In this document: positions 49,388 through 60,700 of the stretch, piece by piece
Position numbering within the stretch: position 1 is the first letter of the stretch
How the letters are laid out: each line of letters starts with the position of its first letter
Assembly: GCA_965153285.1 (NCBI GenBank)
Contig: OZ229112.1
DNA from: Podarcis tiliguerta
Lineage: Eukaryota
Reading direction: 5' to 3' (one strand)
DNA: 64,000 nt
Program-made: the position numbers and the translations under genes
Notes under the pieces: model-generated
The model's input: only the letters and a program-made list of their open reading frames with translations
The model's database searches: none
What the model was told of the DNA's origin: nothing

Positions 49388-50040
49388 TTTGCTCATCGTA
49401 GCGCCGCCCGGCGCAGCTGCGCGCTTTCCCGAGCAACGCCTGTTCCCATTGGTTGGCGGCTGGGCTTCCTCGCTCAACGGGCTTAGGGAGGAGGGGCGCT
49501 GCAGCAAACCAGCCCCTTCGGTAAAGGAGGGCGGGCGCCAAACGAAACGCGAGGCCTTGGGGGTAATCGCCTCCTCAGGAGGAGGCGGCGACCTTCATCG
49601 GCGCTCTGGGGCGGGGAATATGACGTCGCGCGTCAACCGCACAGACGGAGGGGGCGGGGCTGACTCTGTGGCTCCGCCGGCCCTCTGTGGAGAGAGCGGG
49701 TCCTCCTCCCACCTCGTGCTTCGGCGCCAGGTTGGTAAAAGGCTCCTGCGCGTGGAACTGGGTCTTCCTCTGATTGGATGGTGTTTGGGGAGCGCGCATG
49801 GGGCAGAGTGCGAGCGGAGGGGGGGGGGTCATTCCTCCCGCACCCGCTTAAAACGCCCTAATACTGTGATCGTCCCCTGCGGCGGGTCGCCTCTTGCGCT
49901 CGCAGTATGGTTCCCAGCGGAGTCCTTCCCCGCAACCTTCCGGTCTTGTTAGTGGGAGGGATGGAGGCAGCGCTCGTATAGCATGAATGCGGAAAGCGGT
50001 GTGGGTTTCACCTTTAATTTCACCTGTCACCTGGGCGCTG
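48800..50040. promoter_or_regulatory. CpG island / bidirectional promoter shared by ARMT1-B and RMND1, including the probable non-coding RMND1 exon 1
   Basis: About 1.2 kb of CpG-rich sequence. YY1-type CCGCCATTTT at 49381-49390, CCAAT box at about 49448, CRE-like TGACGTCG at 49621, GC boxes. Candidate plus-strand donors CAG|gttggt (49731) or TTG|gtaaaa (49735). Head-to-head layout as in mammals. Confidence 0.85.
49335..49387 (-). CDS. ARMT1: ARMT1-B exon 1, coding part
   Basis: (ATGAGCAAA)ATGGCGGCG; encodes MAAPTATLPPQLAGKFKG; donor GG|gtgcgt. Confidence 0.9.
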
Positions 50041-51239
50041 TAAGGGAGGGTTTCAGCGCAGTGCTAGGAAGATACTGAGGCCCTACGGCTCCCATGATCC
50101 TGGTCATTTGCCATGTTTCCTGTAGTTCCTGTAGCTTTTTCTCATCCAAATAATACTAATATGATTGGTGCAGGAATGGCCTGGCCTGAGGGAGAAAATT
50201 CTGCAGTGAAGGAAAGATTGGACCTGTGTTGAGATATCCGGCAGTTGTAGGGGGAACGATCATGTGAGTGACAGTCAAATGCAAGATAGACCATTAAGGC
50301 AGCACTTCTCAAGCTCTTTGGAACTGGGTTCTTCTTCTCAGTTACCGTAATTCCATTCCACCCAGCTCAGCGCTGACAATCTTTATGCAGGCAAGTGCCT
50401 AGTTCTTTCACAAAGCTGTGTTTATGTGGCCTGAAGCTAGGTAATATGGCAGTAGCTCCTCCATCTGTACTTTGAGCAGAGCCAAGTACATTGAACAGTT
50501 CCAAGTCTCACCTGCAGGGATGAGAAGAAGTGGAAAGTATCATATGAGCTTCTGTCACTATAATTTCATCTCCTCACACCTCACAGCAAAGTTGTGCCAT
50601 CTACTTGAAGGCAGAGGTGACTGAAATGCCAAACCTTCACTAGTGGACCCCAGCTACTGTAGGGCCATCCCCAAATAATTTTCTTTTAGGTGCCCTATGC
50701 CACACCACAATCTAAGAACCTAGGGTCTAAGGAATACATTGTGACCTTATTCAGTCAGAGTACCATGCTATTCAATGTGTTTCAGTGTATGATGTGGTCT
50801 AATTTATTAGCCTATCCTGCTTCTCAGTTGGTGAAACTGAACTATCACTGTCTTAGTCATTGGCTGACTCACAGATTCTGTAGAGTATAGACTGCATTAT
50901 TTACCTTTGGCTGGTTAAAGTTATGCTACAAGGAAGAAAGAGGCATCTCCCTGTTTGCCATTAACCAAATTTTAATATGTTTGAGAACAGATATTTTGAT
51001 AAGAATATTCTGATCTGACCCCGTGTTTGGCCATTATGTTGCTGTGGTGGGTAAAGTAAACGTACTGCTGCAGTCTTCCTTGCTTGCTTCACTTGAACCT
51101 GAGCCTATGAATGCAGAACGAGCCCTAATATTGATGTGATTGACTTGCTGTAGTTCAGAACTGTTTTTATAAAATGATAAATATTGCTCGTCAGAAAATT
51201 GATGCACTATAACTCTCTCATTCAGGACACAGTGAAAAG

Positions 51240-51737
51240 ATGGCAAGTAAACTACTGAGATTCCTGGCTAGATCTTCACACAAAACAAGCAACTGCCAAC
51301 ACTTGCATAAATATGGGCTTTCAGCATCAAGCAACAATCTTCAAGGGGTGTCAAGCAATTCTTTATTAGCATGTAGATCCATCAGTATGTGCATTCCAGA
51401 GGCAACAACATCTTGCTTAAGCAGGCTTTGTGTGCAAGCCAAGGAATGGCAGAGACCACAAGCTAACGTTCCTACTGCAGCAAAGACTGTGAATTATTTG
51501 AGTATGCATGTTTGTCCTCCACACAGGGAACAATTTTGTGCTCTTAAAAACACAAGTTTCAAGCACAATGCAAAGTGTTTGAGAAAATTTACAGATATAC
51601 CAAATAGACATTATTCAGTTTTATCAAGTAGTAAAATTATGCCAAATCAACATATTTTGCCAGCTAAAAGGCTACCAAAAGCATCGAGGACCAAGCAGCC
51701 GTCTAGAGCTAATCTGCCACTACCGTCTGAAACTGAG
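51240..51737 (+). CDS. RMND1: RMND1 exon 2, coding part (exon starts at 51226)
   Basis: ttcag|GACAC followed by 14 nt of UTR, then ATG. Basic, S/L-rich N-terminus typical of a mitochondrial presequence. [10 protein letters not shown] motif. Donor GAG|gtaaag. Confidence 0.92.
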
Positions 51738-54700
51738 GTAAAGTATTAAAACTTTGAAGTGTAGTACTTATAACACGGAAGGGTTATGAAGACCAGAATA
51801 ATGTTTCATAACAAGTATTATGCAGGAATGAGAAAACTCCTGTCTTCCTAACAGTACAGGGTAGGCCAGCACATGAAAGCATGAACTCTTTCTTGACCCA
51901 GTTCCTCAACTTTGGCTGTGTCGATGACTGCAATCTAAGGAAGAGCATTCATGCACAAAGATGAGGTTTTCTTTTCTTTTTAATGAAGTCCCTATGGCTC
52001 TTGTCATGTTACTTCTATTTTCATTCCTGCCTTAGTGGTGGCATTTGAGTGCTGTTGAAGATATGTTGCATCAGTTTTGGTGTGAGGGGGCTTGCTAGGC
52101 ACAGTTTAAGACCCTCTGTGAATTAAAAATAATATTCACTTAAAATGCATGATAAAAACCCTAGATAGAACAAAAATGAACCTGCTTAAATTGTGAAAAG
52201 AAAACCAGTATTTGAATAGATGTGGCATTTAAATATACTCAGCAAGCAACTGCTTCAGGGATAGGGAATTGAATCTGGATGGTGATTTGGATTCCTAATT
52301 CCCTCAATCCCTGCAGGCCATCTTGGACAGGTGGGAAGGAGCACCCACTCATAATGACATCAGGTGATTGGTACCTGTTAAATCTGAAAGGAGGTAGCTG
52401 TATCTGCCAATCAACTGATTGGTGGATTTGGCAACCTCCTTTGAAGATGTACTTTCAGCACCAAGCAGCTGATTGCTCCTTGGAGCGTGTCTTCAAAGAG
52501 GCTTGCTGTAAATACTGATTGGCTGACTGGCAGCTACAAAGAGCCCCTCTGAAATCTATGGGTAAAGTGGGCTTGCTGCTCTCTAGAAATAAAGAGCAGG
52601 CAGAAGGCTCTTCTAACATCAGAAATACCCCCTGCCTGCTCTTTAAGAGTAGAAGGCAGCATTTCTACCTACCTTCATTCCAGCGCTGAAGTGGGATGGA
52701 GAGAAATACAGCTGCTTACTCTGCCAAGTACCGTGGTGCCCCGCAAGACGAATGCCTTGCAAGACGGAAAACCCGCAAGATGAAAGGGTTTTCCATTTTC
52801 AGAGGCGCTTCACAAGACGAATTTCCCTATGGGCTTGCTTCGCAAGACGAAAATGACGAAAATTTTTGAGTTTTTTTTTTGCTCCCCAGCCCCTTTTTCT
52901 GAAGCGCTAAGCTGCTAATAGCCTTTTAGCAGCTAAACCGCTAATCCCTTAAGCCTTAAAAAGCCGTTAATAGCCCTTAAACTGCCAATAGCACTAATCG
53001 CGCTAATCCGCTAATGGGCTTGCTTTGCAAGACGAAAAAACCGCAAGACGAAAAGACTCGCGGAACGGATTCTTTTCGTCTTGCGAGGCACCACTGTAAA
53101 AGGCAGTGTTTTCAGCCACCTGGAGTGGACAGACATGGAAATGTTGGTTATGTGGCTGCACCTGTGTGTGCATGTGTTTATATGTGAGAGTGTATGAATG
53201 CATATATTTCAGAGAGAGAGACAAGAGACCATCATGTCTAGTGAAAGTATATATGTGCGTTGTGTATGTGTGTCTGTGGTGAGGGGTGTGTATAGAGTGT
53301 GTGTATACAAATGTGAATATGTCAGCTATGCACGCCACTGGCATATAACCCTTAGAGGGGTGGTTGACCGTCTCTTGGGCCAAAGCAGTTTAGCCACTGC
53401 TGCACTGTAGAGCACAGCTCTGAAAACCCTTCTGGGTCGCAGATGGTATCAATATAGACTAACGATAAACTATGGTTACTTTTCTAGGCTCAGTCTAAAC
53501 CAGGGGTCAGCAACCTAAGGCCCATAGGCCGGAAGTAGCCCACAGAGGTCATTTGACTGGCCCACGAGCCGTCCCCAAACCGAGCTGCCTGCTCATGCAC
53601 TGCGCTAAGCTGGTGCAGCATGGCACAGGGACTTGCTTCCACAGCGCTGAAAATCGTGTCTGCGCAGACGCAGAGGCCGAAAATTGCATGCACGCGATCT
53701 GGCTCACGGAGGGATCTCCGTGCGACTGAACAGGCCCAGGCAAGATAAACCTAACTGACCCCTGGTCTAAACCATTCCTTTTTTTAAACATCTGCAGTGA
53801 ACCACATTGTGAAGTAGGTATGAGAATTGTAGTTGGAATTGATACCTGACAATATTTTTTACTAGTCAGCTGAAATGTGCAAAAAGTGACTCTGAGCACA
53901 GGCAAGAATGCTTTTATCTTCCCACCAAACCTCTCCTGCCTCAAAGAAAGAGAAGGGCTTTCATCAGACAGAAGGCTTCCTCCCAGGCTGGAGTCACTGT
54001 ACTTTCCTATTTAGAAGCTACACTACCTGCCCCCGCCTCCCTTGCAAGTATCCTCAATACAGGAACTGAAAAATACAGACACCCCATCCAGAAATAAAAG
54101 AAAACCACCATTCCTTCCAAATCAAGCATCTTTTTATAAAAATGTTTCCCCCAGAGCTTGCCAACTTTTTCTTTGGCCCTAGGCAGTACTTTTTTTCATA
54201 ATAAATGTTTAGGGCTACTCTCATTTTGACTCAAGAAAATCACCATTTTATAGTTCAAAATAAATACAGTAAATGGACAAAAGTACAAAGATTTACAAAA
54301 TGCGTTGGGGTATGCGTACCCCCAGGAAAAAAAGCACTGGCCTTAGGTAGGTTCTTTTTTTGCTCCCTCCCCCAAAGAGCATCGTTTTTTTCATAATTGT
54401 TATATACGGTGAAATTTCTGTGTAACTCGTGATGCAATCTCCCACGTGCTGCTCCTGGTCAAGTTACATTGCGACAAGCGTTTGTGTGTACGTGTGTGTG
54501 TGTGTGTATGCACGCACATATTGTGCTGTGTGGAGTATGCTCTTAAGTTTCCATGTCACTGAAATGCAGGTTGGTTTCTGAAAACACTGATGTTTTAAAC
54601 ACCCAAAACGTTTGGGGGGTTGTAATTACCGTACACACAAATAAATGTTTTGCAGACACCTTTTTCTGTTGCTGTGGTTTTTTCCATCTCAAAAATTAAG

Positions 54701-57700
54701 GGCAAAGTGTCAGACATGGTGAAAGGGTAGGTTACTTCAGTGAAAGCTGCCACATGGAAAAACCTTGTGCCAGAGATTGCACTGACTCAGACTATGGTAC
54801 ATAAAAACATTTGGAGTTACTAAATTGTCTCTTTCTTTGATGCAGAGCACCACCTGCTGGATGTTAATGTTGGATTTTTTGTGAGGGCAAGTGTTAATCT
54901 TGACACACACCAGATAACAAAATACTTGTCAGTAACCCTTTTTTTTAGATTATATGAAGTGCTGAAGTTAACCAAAAAATACTTTATTCCAGTTACAGAA
55001 AATGAGAGTAATCTTTATAATGCTGCCTTTTTAAGGGGAGAGAAAGAAGGGGATAAAACATTTGGGCAGTAATTTACTCAAGTAATTCACTTGCAGCCTG
55101 GTTTTATTTATTTGGAATTGAATCCTACAAAATCTGTTGGTCTTGCACCCAACTAAGTTTGTATAGGATCATAGCCATATTGCATTTGAGTCTTTTGCAT
55201 CTCTCTACACCCTGCAAACTCCCGGATGCTTCCAAAGGGCCGCTCTGGGTCTTGTTCAACAGGCAAAATGAATAAATAAGCCTATTGCAAGATCTTACAC
55301 ATGGAATCTTATACCATGGTATTCATGAAAGGCTTGCAGTTTGAAACTTAATTATAGGATTTGTGAAGCACAGTGATTTTACCTATTAGCAAAAATCCTA
55401 GGATAGCTCTCCTAGTATTTGTGTGACATTTGCATTTTGATACCAGGGGTCATAGAACAGTCGAGTGTATCACAGTGCTGGTGAATAAGCCAAATAAATG
55501 TCCTCTAAATATATCACTTGATTGTTTTCTTAAACTAAACTTTGTTCCTTTGGCACAGGATCTGATGCAGTGCACAGCCTTTGCAACAGCAGAAGAATAT
55601 AATCTTGGTACCCTATGCCATGATCTGACGTCATATGGCTATGTTGAAATAACAACATTACCTAGAGGTAGACCTCTGAACAGTTTGCCCCTCTTCTGTT
55701 GAATGCATGGAACACAGTTCCTCTTAGTAATAAAACTGCAGTGTTTATATCAACTGTGGAATAATGATTATCACCTTGTAAAATTCTCTTTCAAAACTTT
55801 CTGAACAGAAATGCATCTTGAAACATGCTCCATTGCATGCTGTAATGTGGCTTAGCTGCTACTGCACCAAAAACATACCTATTTAATCTTTCTAATGCTA
55901 TGAATTGAGACAAACACTTTAAATACTTAGAAGCACATTGGCAAAACATTTTCCTATGATCTGTTCTTTGTAGTAATTCTCTCCACTTTCTTGTATATTT
56001 TCTGATATTTTTCCTGAGCTGTTTAAATTCATAAGAGCAATTTGGTAGGCAAGCACTGTAAAGTAATTCGGAGATATTATTTATTACATGTGTAAACTGA
56101 GGAAGGGCCTTGTATAACGGCTTATTTGTTCTTAAATTGAACATAAATTGTCACTCTAGATCAGAGGGTAAAACAATACCACTGTTGAACATACTTTTAT
56201 TTGCAGATGTTGACAGCATTTCTTTTCATCAATGCCTGTAGATCTTTAATCTGAAAATAGCACTTGTACACATGTACAAGTGAAAAGAAAAAGTTTCCAT
56301 GTGTATTCTGCATGCAATAGAAGTACTCCTATTCGCATCACCAGCCATCCTAGAGCATGAATTCTGTAATGCTTTTGGAAGCGCTGTACTGCAAACTTCC
56401 TCTGCTGTGCTATATAGTGCTAAAGGGCTTGAGGCTTAGGTGTGGAGCTGTATGAGTACTTCAAACCCCTAATTCTGTTTTCAGTATACAGTGGTACCTC
56501 GGGTTGCAGACGCTTCAGGTTACAGACTCCGCTAACCCAGAAATAGTACCTCGGGTTAAGAACTTTGCTTCAGGATGAGAACAGAAATCACGCAGCGACG
56601 GTGGGAGGCCCCATTAGCTAAAGTGGTGCTTCAGGTTAAGAACAGTTTCAGGTTAAGAACAGACCTCCAGAACGAATTAAGTTCTTAACCCGAGGTACCA
56701 CTGTACTAGGAACTATTATGGACTCAAGTAGGCCAAATCTCTCTCTCCCCACATCAGCAAGTGGTACCTTTAACATTTCAAAGGTTCTGAAATAGGACTA
56801 CAGTGGTACCTCTAGATGCGAATGGGATCCGTTCTAGAGCCCCGTTTGCATCCAGAAGCGAATGCAGCCTGTGTGCGCGCGGGTCGCGATTTGCTGCTTC
56901 TGCGCATGCGCGTGACATCATTTTGACCGCAGCACGCAACCCGAAAATACTTATCCCAAAGCTACTTCAACCCGAGGTATGACTGTATATTAAATGGACA
57001 CATGCAATGCAACCCAGTAGTTTTACTTAGCTGTAATCACCACAGTTCTCAGTGGGGTTTAGCCCAGATAATTATATGTCGGGTTGTAGGGTAAATGTTT
57101 TACAGGGTTTTAAACGCTGTTTCTGTGTCTCAGAATATGATTCCAAATCTGCTTTCTTTTAAACAAGATGCAGCAAACGTTTTGGTGATTGGTACAGAAA
57201 GCTCAGCGAAAGAATATGATCCTGGAATAATTTTTTTCTTCAGGTAAACAATGCCCAGCAGTAAAGTGCATGTGAACTAAAAAAATTATTGTAACACAAA
57301 ATGATAGGTTTTATTACTTAGCTTGATAGCAACTCTGGGACTTGGCTTCAAAAGGCCTTAACCCCCAAGCAACTACGGATCTTTCCCCCTCCCTCTTTGC
57401 TGTAATGAAGGAGGCTGGGGTGGCAGCGCTTCCCTAAGGCCATCAGCTATACACAAACTCCAGAGTAATTCCCAATGAGTACAGGGGCAAGGACTGACAA
57501 TTGCAATTTCATGCCTTTCTAGATATGTATAGAATTGTACTCTGTGATGGCCAGCCTCTGCACTCTTTATATTTTTTTGAGAATAAATAATTTCAGCCAT
57601 TTAAAAGTTTTTTTAAAGCTATTTAATATTTTCTGAACCCTCATAAACACACCACCACCATAGTAATTGGTTAATTGATCACACGAAGCCAGATAACTTA

Positions 57701-60700
57701 AGATTTAAAATTTTGGATGAGTTGAGGACTGTATGTTTAACAGTCTATTTTCAGTCTGCGTCAGTTTCACATCAGTACAGTCATAAATTGATTCCATGCT
57801 GTTTCTGCCTTATTCTGGGTTTTTTAAAAGTCCATTAAAAATTGTACTTATGTACTTATTTTTTAATCACAAAATATTATTTAAATATGTATTTTCGACC
57901 TCAGTGTATGGATCTGTATGTTTCTGGGTCAAGTATTGCCACTAAAATCTTAAAGTATAATTTTGTTTTGATTGTGTATTAATTTCGGTGTGAATTATGT
58001 CAGTTCACTTAAAGTGGAACAAACTAAATTCTCCATCCTTATCTAGACTAGAGTATTTATTCTTGCCAAGAAATACACATGTAAGCATGAAACATAATCT
58101 GTGCTGCTAACACCACCTTGAAATTCTGTTCATACAGGGAAGGATCTGTTGTGTTCTGGAATGTTGAAGAAAAAACAGTAAGTGGAAGCCAAATTTTATG
58201 AGGTAAACTCCATTGGTCTTTCCAGTTCCATAAAATAAAATGGTTTGGCTAGATTTAAGTGTAGATTTAGCAAATGCTATTAATGTATCTTTTTACATTT
58301 TACAGTCTTAATTTTTCAGTTTTTTAAAAAATTGTATATGAAGGGCAGTGGGAGTTTTTGTCCCATGTCTTTTGATGCTTTTAGTTTTTTTAAAAAACTA
58401 AGTTATTCACAATGATGTATTTCTGCAAGTTGTTATTTGAGAATAAAGACAATGTTGTCCGTGTAGAAAATTGTAGGAAATCGATGAGATGAGACAGAAG
58501 ATATTATGGGTCGTGGCCATGTGCAAAGTAGAGCCAGACTCTGAGAGGAGTTACCTTTTGCCTTTGCAAACACAGAGTCCCACATCTGCGCCTAGCAAAG
58601 TTGTGGTGTCAGAGGTTGCTTGTAGGGGGGAAAGTAGTAGGAGGCAGGGATGCTTAAGCCCTCTCACACCTACCATTTTAGCCTTCCTTCACACACCCTC
58701 CTCTTTTTAAGGTTTATTCCTCTAATGGGCTTGCTTCCAGTTTCAGAGCCCAGATTAAGAAAAAAACAAAAACTGCCTGAGACCATTTTTGGGGGGAGGG
58801 ATTGAGAGATGAGAAGTGTGAAGCATTTCCTCTCCTAGGTCAATTCTCCCTTTGTAAGTATGCCTCTCTCTGCCCTTGTATTTGCATTGTAAGGAAAAGC
58901 TGGAGTTGTTTTCCTTGTGATGTGCAGTTCCACCCTCCCTCTCCATGGTATTTCAAAACTGGCTGAAGGCACCAGGACTGTTAGCCTGCAGGTTTATATG
59001 ATGACCTCCTAGCATTTGTCAGCAATTCTAATATGCAGGATCTTTTCTAGATGAAGAGTATCATGCAAATGCTGGAAAGGCATGAAATTCAGCCATATGA
59101 AGTTGCGCTTGTTCACTGGGAAAATGAAGAGATGAATTACAGATTAGGAGAGTAAGTGTTTGTATGTCATCAAGTGCTAGTTTCTGTGCAATGTAGCTTC
59201 TTGCATATATTTGTTTCCTGAAAACATTGCTAAATATTTACGCTACTCTGCCAGCTTGTTTAGACCTCCCATAATCTTTGTAATAAAGCTGCATTTGCAA
59301 TTCCTTTGCAAAGTAAGAAAGTATTGCCATTGCCATCTTTGAGACAGGGAGCACAAAAATATTCTTATTTAAATAATAATAAAAACCTTTAGGGAACTGG
59401 GGACCACTGCCTCTCGTAATGAGGTACTGTATTAATAACTTCATTCGTCCCTTTCTAAGCCACAAGGGACATGGATCAGCAAGCGATTGCACACATCCAA
59501 CCAGTATCTTCAGTCTGCACCAACTGACACTCATTCCAAGATAAATTAACCTTGAGAATCACCTGCACTAACTTAAGAGAAGGTAATGGTGGATACAACT
59601 GACCTCAGAAAGGAATTGCAATGGCCACTGAGAGTTCTGTCGCCTCAGTCGGCCAGCATATATACTTGGCCCTTTAAAAAAAAAATTCCCAAATAACTTG
59701 CTAAGCAGCTTTTGAAACTCCCTGTTCAGGTGAAGAGCTTTTCTTGTTTGACAAATAGAGTTGAAAAAGAAGCTCAACAAGTGTGAAGTTTACTTCCATT
59801 ATCTGTGACGGGAACTAAGCATGTTCTTAGGTGCTCTGATTTGTTTTTAAAGTATAGTATGGCTAGTTCCTATGTGTCATGGATTCATACTAGGCATATT
59901 CTGTTTTGGTGCATGTGGTCAATTAAAGTATTCCTCTTGCTCTTTACAGAGCACAGTCAAAGCTTCATAGAGGAGAAATCCTGATAAATTCGGAACTAGA
60001 TCCTGATGAAATTACTCTAGAGAAGTTTGCTTTTTCAAATGCTCTTTGCCTTTCTGGTAAGTGATATATTGCACCAGGCTTTCTAAGCAGCATTTTGCAT
60101 CAGAATTTGGGATGTGTAGCATGTGCTGCGAAAAACTTTCCCCCAAAGTGTTACCTAAAATGTGTGTATGAGGATAGCTTGGGAATGTGCACCAGAGATA
60201 AGTTATGTATAGTAGTATTACTTCGGCATGATGCAAAGAACTTGAACTGAACTTCAGAGATCATTACAGAGGTACACTGATAAAGTATTCTTAAAATGTG
60301 TGTCGCTATGTCTGTTTTGGACAATTCCTTCTTGATATCAAATTCAAATGATAAGCAATTTCTTGAGTTACTTTTGGAGTTCAGTGCCACTTAAAGCAAT
60401 TCAGCTTTGCAGGAAGTAGCCTAAGGCTAATAATTTGTGGTGGGGAGGATTTAGATTGGGAGTTTAGCACCTGTTACCTGCTGTCACTTCTAGAATAAAA
60501 CCTGGACATCCCTACTCCATTGCTGTTTTAAAGTTTGTTTTTAATTCCTAACAACTGGGAAGTCTGATTGCACGTCTCCCACCTGACATCTGTTTTGGCC
60601 CTCAAGCATGCATTTTTTAGGTTCCTTGCGAAGACATCATATACCATATTTTTCCATGTATTGGACGAGTTTTTTTGACTCAAAAATCATGTTAAAAAAT

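Noticed and set aside
31689-49396. ARMT1 duplication as a false haplotype duplication in the assembly
   Set aside because: Exons 2-4 differ by 11-24%, and the introns and UTRs are largely unalignable with different transposon insertions, far beyond allelic divergence.
48782-50030. Several long overlapping ORFs (up to 187 aa) in the CpG islands here, at 38.3-38.9 kb and at 25.7-26.5 kb
   Set aside because: Stop-poor GC-rich sequence; only the short first exons have splice and homology support.
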